A DNA stretch of 64,000 nt from Candidatus Kapaibacterium sp. (GCA_004292595.1 RDXM01000106.1:4946-68945); one strand, 5' to 3'. Shown: positions 1-8,539, numbered from the stretch's first letter. Notes: generated by a model not told the origin, from the sequence alone. Program-made: numbers and translations.

Positions 1-826
1 CGCGGTCAATCATAATAATTTCGTTATGCCCGACCTCGCGCACAAACTCTGCACTCACAATATCCAATGCGCAGGTTTCGGAAACCACAAAATACGCATA
101 TTCTTTCGTGCCATTTGCCTGTTCAACAAGTTTTCGCCCAATGCAGAGCGGACGGAAACCATGCGGGTCGCGGGCAGCAAAGAGCGCGTTTTCCGTCAGC
201 ACCACGAGCGAATACGCGCCTCGTGCGCCTTGCAAGGATTCTTTCAACTGAAGTGGCTGCGTTTTAGCTTTGCTGCGAGCAATGAGATGGAGGAAAATTT
301 CGCTATCGGTTGTGGTCTGAAAAATTGCACCGTCATTTTGCAAACGCTCGCGTAAGAGGCGAGTATTGGTCAGGTTTCCATTGTGTGCAAGGGCGATATT
401 TCCCGCACGATATTTTATCCAAAACGGCTGGATATTCGCAATTTTCGAGCTGCCTGTTGTGGAATAGCGATTATGCCCAACAGCCGCCGAGCCGCGTAAC
501 TGCTCGGTCAGCAGCCCTGCATCCGAAAAAACATCCAGCACCAAACCTTCGCCTTTGTGCGCGGCAAAGCGCACACGGTCATCGTCATTGTGCAAAGCCG
601 CTACAATTCCCGCCGCTTCTTGCCCGCGATGCTGCAAGGCGTGAAGCGCGTAGTAGGTCATCAGCGCGGCTTCGGGATGATTGAACACGCCCACAACCCC
701 GCAATTACACTGGGGTTTGTCGAGGAGGGCGAGTTCTTCTTGGGAAAATACTGGTTGTTTACCATGCTGCGAGGCGCATGAAATCTGTCCTGTGGGAGAA
801 GATAATAAATGTGATGTGATAGCCAT
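1..826 (-). CDS. purF: amidophosphoribosyltransferase (glutamine PRPP amidotransferase), 5' part only. The gene runs off the window start.
   Basis: Manual translation of the minus strand gives ...QCNCGVVGVFNHPEAALMTYYALHALQHRGQEAAGIV...NIQPF...LAHNGNLTN...GAIFQTTTDSEIFLHLIA...RPLCIG...YFVVSETCALD. This matches the Ntn glutaminase domain of PurF, including the nucleophile Cys. It is absent from the ORF track because the stop lies beyond position 1. The start codon is uncertain; an in-frame ATG lies at 824-826. Confidence 0.7.
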   Translation of the reverse strand, partial: MAITSHLLSSPTGQISCASQHGKQPVFSQEELALLDKPQCNCGVVGVFNHPEAALMTYYALHALQHRGQEAAGIVAALHNDDDRVRFAAHKGEGLVLDVFSDAGLLTEQLRGSAAVGHNRYSTTGSSKIANIQPFWIKYRAGNIALAHNGNLTNTRLLRERLQNDGAIFQTTTDSEIFLHLIARSKAKTQPLQLKESLQGARGAYSLVVLTENALFAARDPHGFRPLCIGRKLVEQANGTKEYAYFVVSETCALDIVSAEFVREVGHNEIIMIDR

Positions 827-1017
827 GAATATCGAAAAGTAAGACGAAAAGTGAACGATAATAAAAAATAACCACTATAAAAATACAAAAAAGTCTAACA
901 ACGCAGGACGTAAAAATGCAGCAAGCAAGCGCCAAAGAATTCTTGGAAAATAGCGGTATTTCAGGCATATTCGGCGCAGCAAAAATGTTTAGATTTTCTC
1001 CATAACAAAAAAATCGC

Positions 1018-1452
1018 ATGAAAAATATATGGCTTATCATCGGCGCAGGCGGCAGCTTTCTTGTCGCAGTATTACACGTGTTTGTGATTGTACAAGGTGC
1101 GGAAGCCTATCGCTATTTCGGCGCAGGTGAAGAATTTGCACGAGCCTCCGACGCTGGTTTGCTGTTTCCCGCCATTGCAACAAGCGTGATTGTGCTGATA
1201 TTCAGCGTTTTAGGCGTGTACGCGCTTTCAGGCGCAGGTGTGGTGCGGGCATTGCCATTTTTCCGCGCTGTCATTCTTTTCACTGGAACCATGTACACCC
1301 TACGTGGATTGGCACTGGTGGTCGAACTCAGTGCCGCGCTAAATCTCTTTGCGTGGCGTGATGGTATTCGTGCGCAAGACCCGTACTTCTCGCTTGTTTC
1401 CTTGTGTTTAGGACTGATTCATCTGTGGGGCTGGCGAATGCTGCGTTCCTAA
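1018..1452 (+). CDS. hypothetical integral membrane protein, about 4 TM helices
   Basis: ORF of 144 aa with four hydrophobic segments. It is followed directly by a hairpin with flanking A and T tracts. Confidence 0.45.
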   Translation: MKNIWLIIGAGGSFLVAVLHVFVIVQGAEAYRYFGAGEEFARASDAGLLFPAIATSVIVLIFSVLGVYALSGAGVVRALPFFRAVILFTGTMYTLRGLALVVELSAALNLFAWRDGIRAQDPYFSLVSLCLGLIHLWGWRMLRS

Positions 1453-1457
1453 AATGA

Positions 1458-1494
1458 AAAACTCTTGCTGCATTTTTTGCACAAGAGTTTTTTC
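1458..1494. terminator. bidirectional rho-independent terminator candidate
   Basis: aaaaaCTCTTGctgcattttttgcaCAAGAGtttttt: a stem flanked by an A tract and a T tract, lying between convergent genes. Confidence 0.45.
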
Positions 1495-1542
1495 AATTTT
1501 CTGCAACACCAGTATTGATGCGCTCTTTGAATCATACATTCC

Positions 1543-3246
1543 TTAAAAATTCACTGCCAAACCCAGTCTGCCAAACGCACCGATATTCACAATGCCGCCA
1601 TCTATCGTCAAACCTGGAATTGCGCCTGGGTCGATTGGGGGTTCTGTGCCGTTCCGTCCCGTATAATGCCCGCCCGCGCTCAGTTCTAAAAACACCCCAA
1701 CTTGACGAGTGAAATTATACTGAAAACCCCCCAGCAAACCAACATACAAGCGCACGGGAGTAAAATTACTCAGCATCGTACCAATCGGCAGCCCCACGTA
1801 GGCATCAAGAGTTTGATTGCGCACAAAATGGTACGCTGGGCGCACGGTGAGAAAATGATAATCTGTGTAGCGAATCCTCGTTGTGGTGGTGGTTGTGGTC
1901 TGAATGCCTGTTCCTGTGGTTATTCGCGTTGTGTCGTTGATGTTTGGTCCTGGAAAATAGCCATACATCAAGCCTAAAGAAAACTGCGGCGATACATAAA
2001 AATCGCCTGAAATACTAAGCATTGGGAAAGAAACATCGCCCGAACCGCCTGTAAATCCTGTGGGAAAAGTACTCGGTGCGATAATTGTTGCCGGGATACC
2101 CATAATTGGACGATTCAGCGCGAAGCCCGCACCAATGCCCACGCGCAGCGTAAAGATGGGCAAGGCAGTGTCTTTGACAACAGCACGTGCGGTATCGCGT
2201 TTTATGGCTGGTGGCGGCGGAACAGGTTTTTTATCCGTTTGATAGGGTGCAAATTCGCCTTGCGGCTTGTCGCCCGTGCTTCGTTGTGGCATCGTGCGGG
2301 CAATTCCGCCCGGAGGATTGCTGCTGGTGGTCGGTGCTGTGGTCGTGCCTACGGGAGAGCGGCTCGCACTCGCTCCAGCACTGGGTTGTACGTTGTCCAA
2401 ATTTTTAATGCGCTCTTCCAATGCCGCCAAGCGTGCCGTCAGCTGTGCATTCAAAGCGCGTTCTTGCTCAAGGGGCGATAGTGATGGTGTACGCGACGGC
2501 GCATTCGAGCTAGCCGGCGGCGCAGAACGTGGCGGTAAATCACGCGGACGTAAGTTCTGCGGCGGTACTGACGAAGTTGGTGGCGCAGTGCGGCGTGTGT
2601 TTGGATTGAGACTGGTGCTGGTATTGGCGTTCAGTGCTGCATCGCCGCGTGAGGCGGGCATGGGCTGAAGGCGCGAGGCATCATCGCTCATCATGTTATC
2701 CAAGAGCATTTGCGTTGAATTGCGACTGGACTGCGGCGAGCGCGATTTGATGATGTCGTTAAAAATGTCCGAAGCCCGTTGCAATGCCGCGAGTGCTGCT
2801 TGGCGGTCGCCCATATCGCGGTAAACTAATCCCAAGTATTCGTAGCCTGTTGCTTGCCAATAGCGGTTGCCAGAGCGCGTTGCTCGCTCAATTCCCTCAT
2901 TGATATTTTTCTGCGCAAGGTCGTAATTACGTGCCTCGCGGTAGGTATTACCCATTTTGAGCAAACGCATTGTTTCCTCATTGTTTCCGCGCTCGCTTGC
3001 TCGCTCGTTTGCGCGGTCGCTTGTTTGCGCTGGTGGTCGTGCCGTCGCAGAGCGCGTCGGAACTGGTCTCGCGGGACGGCTCTGCGCCCATAGTTCCGAA
3101 GAAGCACAACAGCACACAAGCGCAAATGCGAGTGCGAGTGCAAAAATATTGAGACAACTCGGCACAAAGCGCAGGCGTGACAACGAGGATTCATGCGCAA
3201 AGCGTGGCGCAAAAAAGCGCGGCGAGGAAAAAGATATGAACTTCAT
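1543..3246 (-). CDS. secreted protein with a TPR region, coiled coil, Pro/Ser/Thr-rich linker and a C-terminal outer-membrane beta-barrel
   Basis: The N-terminus carries a signal-like hydrophobic segment. A TPR-like block follows (YREARNYDLAQ...YWQATGYEYLGLVYRDMGDRQAALAAL), then a leucine-zipper coiled coil and a long low-complexity P/S/T linker. The C-terminus has alternating-hydrophobic beta strands ending ...GLAVNF with a terminal aromatic residue. It is a paralog of the ORF at 3534-4835. Confidence 0.55.
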   Translation of the reverse strand: MKFISFSSPRFFAPRFAHESSLSRLRFVPSCLNIFALALAFALVCCCASSELWAQSRPARPVPTRSATARPPAQTSDRANERASERGNNEETMRLLKMGNTYREARNYDLAQKNINEGIERATRSGNRYWQATGYEYLGLVYRDMGDRQAALAALQRASDIFNDIIKSRSPQSSRNSTQMLLDNMMSDDASRLQPMPASRGDAALNANTSTSLNPNTRRTAPPTSSVPPQNLRPRDLPPRSAPPASSNAPSRTPSLSPLEQERALNAQLTARLAALEERIKNLDNVQPSAGASASRSPVGTTTAPTTSSNPPGGIARTMPQRSTGDKPQGEFAPYQTDKKPVPPPPAIKRDTARAVVKDTALPIFTLRVGIGAGFALNRPIMGIPATIIAPSTFPTGFTGGSGDVSFPMLSISGDFYVSPQFSLGLMYGYFPGPNINDTTRITTGTGIQTTTTTTTRIRYTDYHFLTVRPAYHFVRNQTLDAYVGLPIGTMLSNFTPVRLYVGLLGGFQYNFTRQVGVFLELSAGGHYTGRNGTEPPIDPGAIPGLTIDGGIVNIGAFGRLGLAVNF

Positions 3247-3306
3247 AGATGCTTGAATTCAAGAGGTTTGGTCGAATTGAACTACAAGAAAGTAGGCAAA
3301 AAAATA

Positions 3307-3501
3307 GGTAACTGGTCAGGTCTCAGCCATGAAGAGGGGACGCAGATGAAGATGATTGGATTGATGAAGATGATAGTGATAAAAAAAGAAGAGCGTCAAT
3401 GCAGACTTCATCCGTTGTTGATATTTTCTGCATTTTCGTCATCTTCATCCATTCAATCATCTTCATCTGCGTCCAAAAAAAATCACGACCTGACCAGTTA
3501 C
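3307..3501. repeat. 195-bp near-perfect palindrome with terminal inverted repeats GGTAACTGGTCAGGTC (family 2, MITE-like)
   Basis: GGTAACTGGTCAGGTC at 3307-3322 is the reverse complement of GACCTGACCAGTTAC at 3487-3501. The inner arm ggacgcagatgaagatgattggattgatgaagatga (3338-3373) pairs with the arm at 3438-3474 with 2 mismatches. The element sits in the gap between two paralogous genes. Confidence 0.55.
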
Positions 3502-3533
3502 AAAAATAGTAGAATGCTGAAGGCAGAACAGTA

Positions 3534-4835
3534 TTACTTCTTGCCAATCAAGAAACAGAAATACGCGCCTTCGTTGTCGCAATCGTACATCGTTACCAAG
3601 AATGTATGTGTGCCGCCATATTCATTGCTCCAGCCTATTTTCGCTAATGCCTCGCGGGTATTGGGCTTGCGAGAGAGCGTTTCGATGGGCTGTGCGCTGG
3701 TATCGGTTGATTGCGTTTGAGTCTGATTTTGCCCTGACGTTTGCGAGGATGTATTTTGCTGCTGATTTTGCTGCTGATTTTGCTGCCCGTTGTTGGACTG
3801 ATTGACCGTAGAGCTAGAATCAGTGCGCTGTCCAGCACTTGCTTCGTTGGGATTGAAGCGAATATCCTTGCGCTCAAGCACTACGCCTTGCGAATTGATG
3901 ATGCGCACGTCCAAATCACGCGCCTTCTGCGTACAGGCATCGCCCAAAATGAGGTATTGTCCAATCGGCACGTTGATTTCAATTTTCGTGGATTCGCCGC
4001 GCTTCAAGTAGCCAACAATCACCGTCCCGTCCACTCGCGCATTGCCGCCTTGCAAGCGGACTGCGCGGTCATTGATACCAAAATCTAAAGGCGCAAAACC
4101 GTTCATCCAGAGCGTACTTTCGCGGTATTTTGCGGTCGCTTCTAGCTCACGCTTACACTCGCTCATATCCAGCGACGACGAGCTTTTGAGCGACATGACG
4201 CTGCTGGATTCCAGTTGTTTTATGCGTCCTTCCAATTCTGAAATTTTTGATTGCAGCATCCGATTTTCATTTTGCAAGCGCGTGTTTTCGTCCTGCAAGC
4301 GTGTGTCGGTGGCGCTGACGGGCGGCGGTGTTGCCATTGCCATTGAGTTCTGCGCAGACATGGACGGCGGCGGCGCGGATGCACCCTGCTCTACATCAGC
4401 AATCACGGCGCGGAGAGCGTCATCGCTGCCTTGTCCGTTGCGCATCGTTACAATGCGGTCGTAGAGCGAAGCCGCTGTACGCAAGTATTCAAGCGCGAGC
4501 TGACGGTCGCCCATATCGCGGTAGAGCAAGCCCAAATACTCATATCCGACAGCCTCCCAGTACGTGCCGCTTCGTCCGCCCCGCACCATATCTATCCCAC
4601 GCTTGATGTAGTATTGCGCGAGGTCGTAGTTGCGAGCTTCGCGGTAGCTATTGCCCAATTTCAAATACCGAACACCCAGATTTTCTGCATTCACTCCGCC
4701 CGTGCGGCGATAGGTGGTCGGGGCATCGTTTGGCGGTGCATCTTGCCCCCAAAGCGTCCTTGGCTGGAAAGCAAGCACCGAAGCGGCAAGTGCCAATCCC
4801 GTACAAAGCGTTGATACTGTGTGCAACATTTTCAT
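3534..4835 (-). CDS. secreted TPR/coiled-coil protein, paralog of 1543-3246, with a different C-terminal domain and a Q/N-rich tail
   Basis: It begins with a signal peptide (MKMLHTVSTLCTGLALAASVLA). It shares with its neighbour the block LGNSYREARNYDLAQYYIKRGID...YWEAVGYEYLGLLYRDMGDRQLALEYL, followed by the coiled coil ENTRLQNENRMLQSKISELEGRIKQLE. The C-terminal domain is unrelated to the neighbour's. An NQQQNQQQN low-complexity stretch is present. Confidence 0.55.
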   Translation of the reverse strand: MKMLHTVSTLCTGLALAASVLAFQPRTLWGQDAPPNDAPTTYRRTGGVNAENLGVRYLKLGNSYREARNYDLAQYYIKRGIDMVRGGRSGTYWEAVGYEYLGLLYRDMGDRQLALEYLRTAASLYDRIVTMRNGQGSDDALRAVIADVEQGASAPPPSMSAQNSMAMATPPPVSATDTRLQDENTRLQNENRMLQSKISELEGRIKQLESSSVMSLKSSSSLDMSECKRELEATAKYRESTLWMNGFAPLDFGINDRAVRLQGGNARVDGTVIVGYLKRGESTKIEINVPIGQYLILGDACTQKARDLDVRIINSQGVVLERKDIRFNPNEASAGQRTDSSSTVNQSNNGQQNQQQNQQQNTSSQTSGQNQTQTQSTDTSAQPIETLSRKPNTREALAKIGWSNEYGGTHTFLVTMYDCDNEGAYFCFLIGKK

Positions 4836-5017
4836 AGACCTTTTCTCTGGAAACCACCCTGCTTTAGCGGGTGGAGGAAAGAGCAGCGAAATAGGTGCGG
4901 TTTTGCGGAGTCACACGGCTGCCGTGGCGGAGCAAACGCGCAGTTTTTCGCTTTCTTCTGTTAGTGATTGAATTAGTTGGTTTATTTTCAACATTTTTAA
5001 CTTGGTGTTTCGCTATC

Positions 5018-6304
5018 TCACACCGCATACCGATAGCCATCGCAACGCTGGACAATCTTGCAATATTTGTAGCTCACGCCTTGAACAGTGCCGTTTTTAT
5101 CCGTAATATTAAAACTACCTGACGACCGCACCGCCACTTTGCCCTCGTGTGTTCCACGCTTTGCACCGCTTGGAACTACCGCTTTGACCATATCGCCTGT
5201 TTGAAATCCTTTGACACTTTTTGCGCCCTTCGCACTCGTGCGTGGAAAGCCGTATTTGTCCACACGGCACATTTGGCGATTGCCCCAGCCTTGCGCTGTA
5301 ATGGTGAGCGGGCGCATTCCTGCGTCTATTCGTACTGCTTCGCCGCTTGCACCAACACACGCCGCATCTATCCAATGCGCTTTTGCGTACCCTTGGCGGT
5401 TGCGATTGTACTTTGTTCGCCCGCCACTACCAAGCTCAACGGGCAAACCAAATAATTGCAAACGATTATACAATTCCCATCGTGGTGCGTTCACCGCCGC
5501 CGTGTCTTTGAGCGGCATTCGTGCTTGCTTGTGCAGATGTTCGTGTCCAAATTCTTCCGCCGTTTGTGTGCCTTTGCGCTCGTTGCATTTGCGACAAGCA
5601 AGCGTCAGGTTTGACACGCGATTTGAGCCGCCACGTGCTTTCGGAATGATATGCTCTACCTCAAGCGGAACATCCTTTGCCGTGCAGTATGCGCACCTGC
5701 GCTGCCATTTTTCCAGCAAATATTCCCGCACTTCGTAGCCTTGTAACGCGCCTTGCTGGTATTCTACACCTGAAATTTCCGCATCCTGCATCTTCTGTGT
5801 GTCGAAGCGCACGAGTTCTTGACTCATGCTTTTTACGGGCGACAACCGCGTGAGGCGTTGCACCCACGTTGTTATGTTTGCCAAACGGCTTTCGAGCGAT
5901 GGCGGCAGCCAAGCACCACGATTACCGTGGCGTGGGCGTGTTCGGTTCAAAAAACGTGGTTTGCGATAGCGTGTGTGGCGATTGCGCCGTCCGCGTCGCA
6001 CACCGCGCCGTTGCTCCAATGCTTCGTGGACGCGCTGCCCTCGGTGTGTGAGTTCGGCAGCAAACACTACCTCGCCCGTCGTTTCCTCTACCAGAGCAAT
6101 ACCTGTAGTTTTGCTTCCTGGGTCGAGTTTTGCCCGCAACGCTCGTGGCGTTGCATCGGGATAAGAACGCTTCAAAATAATCGTAAACGGAAACCTCCGA
6201 TAGACTGCCGCTTTGCCTTCGCCAAGCAGCATACGCGCTCGCTTGGGGCGACACGGTGCAAGAGGTCGTTTGTCCGTATCTAGCACAAAAACTTTTTGCA
6301 TCAA
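5018..6304 (-). CDS. iscB: IscB, an OMEGA-class RNA-guided endonuclease of the RuvC/HNH type that is ancestral to Cas9
   Basis: The 428-aa protein shows the full IscB domain order. The N-terminal PLMP-like domain reads VFVLDTDKRPLAPCRPKRARMLL. RuvC-I is KLDPGSKTTGIALV. An Arg-rich bridge helix follows (RRGVRRGRRNRHTRYRKPRF). RuvC-II is EISGVEYQQGALQGYEVREYL. The HNH domain is CAYC...EVEHIIPKARGGSNRVSNLTLACRKCNERKG. RuvC-III is AKAHWIDAACVG. A C-terminal TAM-interacting-like beta domain completes the protein. Confidence 0.85.
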   Translation of the reverse strand: MMQKVFVLDTDKRPLAPCRPKRARMLLGEGKAAVYRRFPFTIILKRSYPDATPRALRAKLDPGSKTTGIALVEETTGEVVFAAELTHRGQRVHEALEQRRGVRRGRRNRHTRYRKPRFLNRTRPRHGNRGAWLPPSLESRLANITTWVQRLTRLSPVKSMSQELVRFDTQKMQDAEISGVEYQQGALQGYEVREYLLEKWQRRCAYCTAKDVPLEVEHIIPKARGGSNRVSNLTLACRKCNERKGTQTAEEFGHEHLHKQARMPLKDTAAVNAPRWELYNRLQLFGLPVELGSGGRTKYNRNRQGYAKAHWIDAACVGASGEAVRIDAGMRPLTITAQGWGNRQMCRVDKYGFPRTSAKGAKSVKGFQTGDMVKAVVPSGAKRGTHEGKVAVRSSGSFNITDKNGTVQGVSYKYCKIVQRCDGYRYAV

Positions 6305-6560
6305 AAATACTCCTTAAAGAGTGTCGCGGCTTGCACCGCGTAATGGTCGCCTCGACAATGTTTTAACGGCTTTTTGCACTCAACACACTGGCTTACACCG
6401 TCCGCCTGTTTAATGTTGAGCGACAGAGCGTAAGACTGGCAAGCATCCTACGGTGTCCTGACCGAAAAAACGTAGATTACTCTCTACAAGAGCAATCTGA
6501 GTCTGGTCAATGTCGGCTTGTATTTCCTACAAGCCACCCGTCTTTAGCCGGTGGTGATTG
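6305..6560 (-). ncRNA. candidate omega-RNA (IscB guide RNA scaffold) in the iscB 5' leader
   Basis: About 250 nt of non-coding sequence lie between the iscB start codon and the left-end hairpin. The region is rich in local stems, for example gtcGCGGCttgcaCCGCgtaatggtcgcctcGAC and the terminal CCACCC/GGTGG hairpin. The position matches where IscB omega-RNAs are known to be encoded. The guide segment would lie at or beyond about 6555. Confidence 0.4.
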
Positions 6561-6836
6561 ACAATGTGCATCTCCGAAAACTGTGAAAAAGTATGTGTAA
6601 TTGATTGCGTGTAGAAATGATACATGATGCACTTTAGAGGATTCAAACATTGTGCCAATCGCTGCAAAGGCTCGTAAAATCTGGATAAAAAAAGCACAAA
6701 AAAAACGCACAAAAAAAAACGCACAAAAAAGGACGTACAAAAAAAGCTGGACAAAGAGCCTCGAAAAACCTCTTTGATAACCACAACTTTTTTGTACGTC
6801 CTGAATGTAATAATTTTCTGTTTCGTTTTCGCTTTT

Positions 6837-7436
6837 TTAGTGTGTTTCGCCTTCAATCGAAGCAAGCGTATGATTTTTTGCTCGCGATTCAGCTGCCATG
6901 CGCTCTTTATAGGAAAGCACTTTCGTTTGAAGTGCTTCATCGCTCGCGCCCAGAATCTGCACTGCCAGCAAGCCCGCATTCTTGCCCGCACCAATCGCTA
7001 CCGTCGCAACAGGTACGCCGCCGGGCATCTGCACAATCGAGAGCAGCGAATCTACGCCCGCAAGCGTTTTCGTGAGAATCGGTACGCCAATCACAGGCAA
7101 CGGCGAATACGCAGCCACCATACCCGGCAAATGTGCCGCGCCACCCGCACCCGCAACAATCACCCGAATCCCGCGTGAATGTGCATTTGTAGCGTAATCA
7201 GCCATATCCGCAGGTGTGCGGTGCGCCGAAATAACGCGCATTTCGTAGGGAATACCAAAATCGCGGCAAACCTGCGCCGCTTCTTGCATCGTGGGCAAAT
7301 CGGAATCGCTTCCCATGATAATTCCAACAAGTGACGAGGGCAATTCTTCGGAATTGCGCTCTACAAGCGGCTCTGCGACTTGTATTGCCAGCGAAAGAGG
7401 AACGGGTTTGTTCATACGGTCTTCAAAATTTTTCAT
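6837..7436 (-). CDS. purE: N5-carboxyaminoimidazole ribonucleotide mutase
   Basis: [39 protein letters not shown]...[18 protein letters not shown]...[10 protein letters not shown]. The first 35 aa appear to be an N-terminal extension, so the true start may be an internal codon. Confidence 0.85.
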   Translation of the reverse strand: MKNFEDRMNKPVPLSLAIQVAEPLVERNSEELPSSLVGIIMGSDSDLPTMQEAAQVCRDFGIPYEMRVISAHRTPADMADYATNAHSRGIRVIVAGAGGAAHLPGMVAAYSPLPVIGVPILTKTLAGVDSLLSIVQMPGGVPVATVAIGAGKNAGLLAVQILGASDEALQTKVLSYKERMAAESRAKNHTLASIEGETH

Positions 7437-7480
7437 AGAATCATGAGAGAGTCAATATTCGTCAAAGCAATACAATTCAA

Positions 7481-7834
7481 TTACTTGTTCTGAATTTCTT
7501 GCTTCTTTTCCTGTTGTGGGTGCTGCTTTTGTTCTTGCTTTTGTTCTTGTTCGCCAATGCGCCGAGCGCGATTTCGTGCGCTGTCGAGGATTTGCCGCAA
7601 GCGTTCTGGTTTCCCAGCTAATTCCTGAAAACGCTGCCGAAAAGAAAATTCGGTAAATCCGTGCTGTTTCAACACCTCCGCAACCCGCTTATTTGCTTGG
7701 TTGCTATCAAGAAATTGCTCCCGCGCAATAATCACTTCCGTGTAGGTTTGCATAAAAATTTCATCGTCATTCGACCACCGCGAACACGCCGCCAGAGCGC
7801 AGCACAACACGATTCCAAGCAATATTCGTTTCAT
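7481..7834 (-). CDS. hypothetical lipoprotein
   Basis: Signal peptide with lipobox (MKRILLGIVLCCALAACS) and an E/Q/K-rich C-terminus. Confidence 0.45.
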   Translation of the reverse strand: MKRILLGIVLCCALAACSRWSNDDEIFMQTYTEVIIAREQFLDSNQANKRVAEVLKQHGFTEFSFRQRFQELAGKPERLRQILDSARNRARRIGEQEQKQEQKQHPQQEKKQEIQNK

Positions 7835-7846
7835 GTATTATCCTGA

Positions 7847-8539
7847 TTATCTTTGTATTCGTTCGTGCGCAAAAGCGAGTATTTGCGCCACTTGCTGGTC
7901 AATCGAAAGAGCGGACGTGTCAATTTCAATCGCATCGGTGGCTTTGGTAAGCGGGCTGATTTCGCGCTCAGAATCTTGACGGTCGCGCTCGCCGAGCTGG
8001 GCGCACATTTCATCAAGCGTGATGTTTGCTGCGCTCGCGCCAGCACCAAGCTCCGCCAAACGCCGCCGCGCCCGCTCTTCTAGCGACGCAACAAGGAAAA
8101 TCTTGAGTTCTGCTTGCGGAAAAACGACCGTGCCAATATCGCGCCCGTCCATGACCACGCCGCCTGCGCTGCCCAGTTCGCGCTGCCGCTCGACCATTGC
8201 AGAGCGCACCACGCCGAGTGCGCTCACGCCGCTCACGGCTTCGGTTACTTCATGCGAGCGTATTTCCGCGCTTACGTCTTCGCCATTCAGCAACGTGCGT
8301 TGTCCGTCGGTGCTTGGTAAAAGCTCAATTCGTGCGCTCTGCAATATTGCTTGCAGAGCGTCGTTGTGAATTGCCGCACCCGCTCGCAAGGCTGCAAGCG
8401 TGATTGCGCGGTACATTGCGCCTGTGTCGATGTACACGTAGCCGAGCGTGTGTGCTATGTTGCGGGCAGTGGTGCTTTTTCCCGAACCCGCCGGACCATC
8501 CAGCGCAATAATGATGCGCCGTTCAGAAGATTGTGGCAT
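7847..8539 (-). CDS. cmk: cytidylate kinase
   Basis: IIIALDGPAGSGKSTTARNIAHTLGYVYIDTGAMYRA: a P-loop with the CMP-kinase signature. Confidence 0.9.
   Translation of the reverse strand: MPQSSERRIIIALDGPAGSGKSTTARNIAHTLGYVYIDTGAMYRAITLAALRAGAAIHNDALQAILQSARIELLPSTDGQRTLLNGEDVSAEIRSHEVTEAVSGVSALGVVRSAMVERQRELGSAGGVVMDGRDIGTVVFPQAELKIFLVASLEERARRRLAELGAGASAANITLDEMCAQLGERDRQDSEREISPLTKATDAIEIDTSALSIDQQVAQILAFAHERIQR

Larger units (their letters stand above)
4850..6560 (-). mobile_element. non-autonomous IS200/IS605-family (ISC-type) element carrying only iscB, with no tnpA
   Basis: The IscB ORF is bracketed by two similar same-strand subterminal hairpins: CCACCCtgctttagcGGGTGG at 4854-4874 and CCACCCgtctttagcCGGTGG at 6534-6554. 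Such hairpins are typical of the left and right ends of IS200/IS605 elements. No Y1 transposase is present. The boundaries are approximate. Confidence 0.5.

Noticed and set aside
6690-6750. Short tandem CGCACAAAAAAAA x3-4 in the purE 3' region
   Set aside because: Simple A-rich microsatellite just upstream of the purE stop codon, inside the purE coding sequence. It is noted but not considered a functional element.
6527-6994. Minus-strand 155-aa ORF overlapping the purE 3' end and the IS left end
   Set aside because: Low-complexity K/F-rich translation of the A/T-rich purE 3' UTR. It overlaps a confidently called gene and the terminal hairpin.
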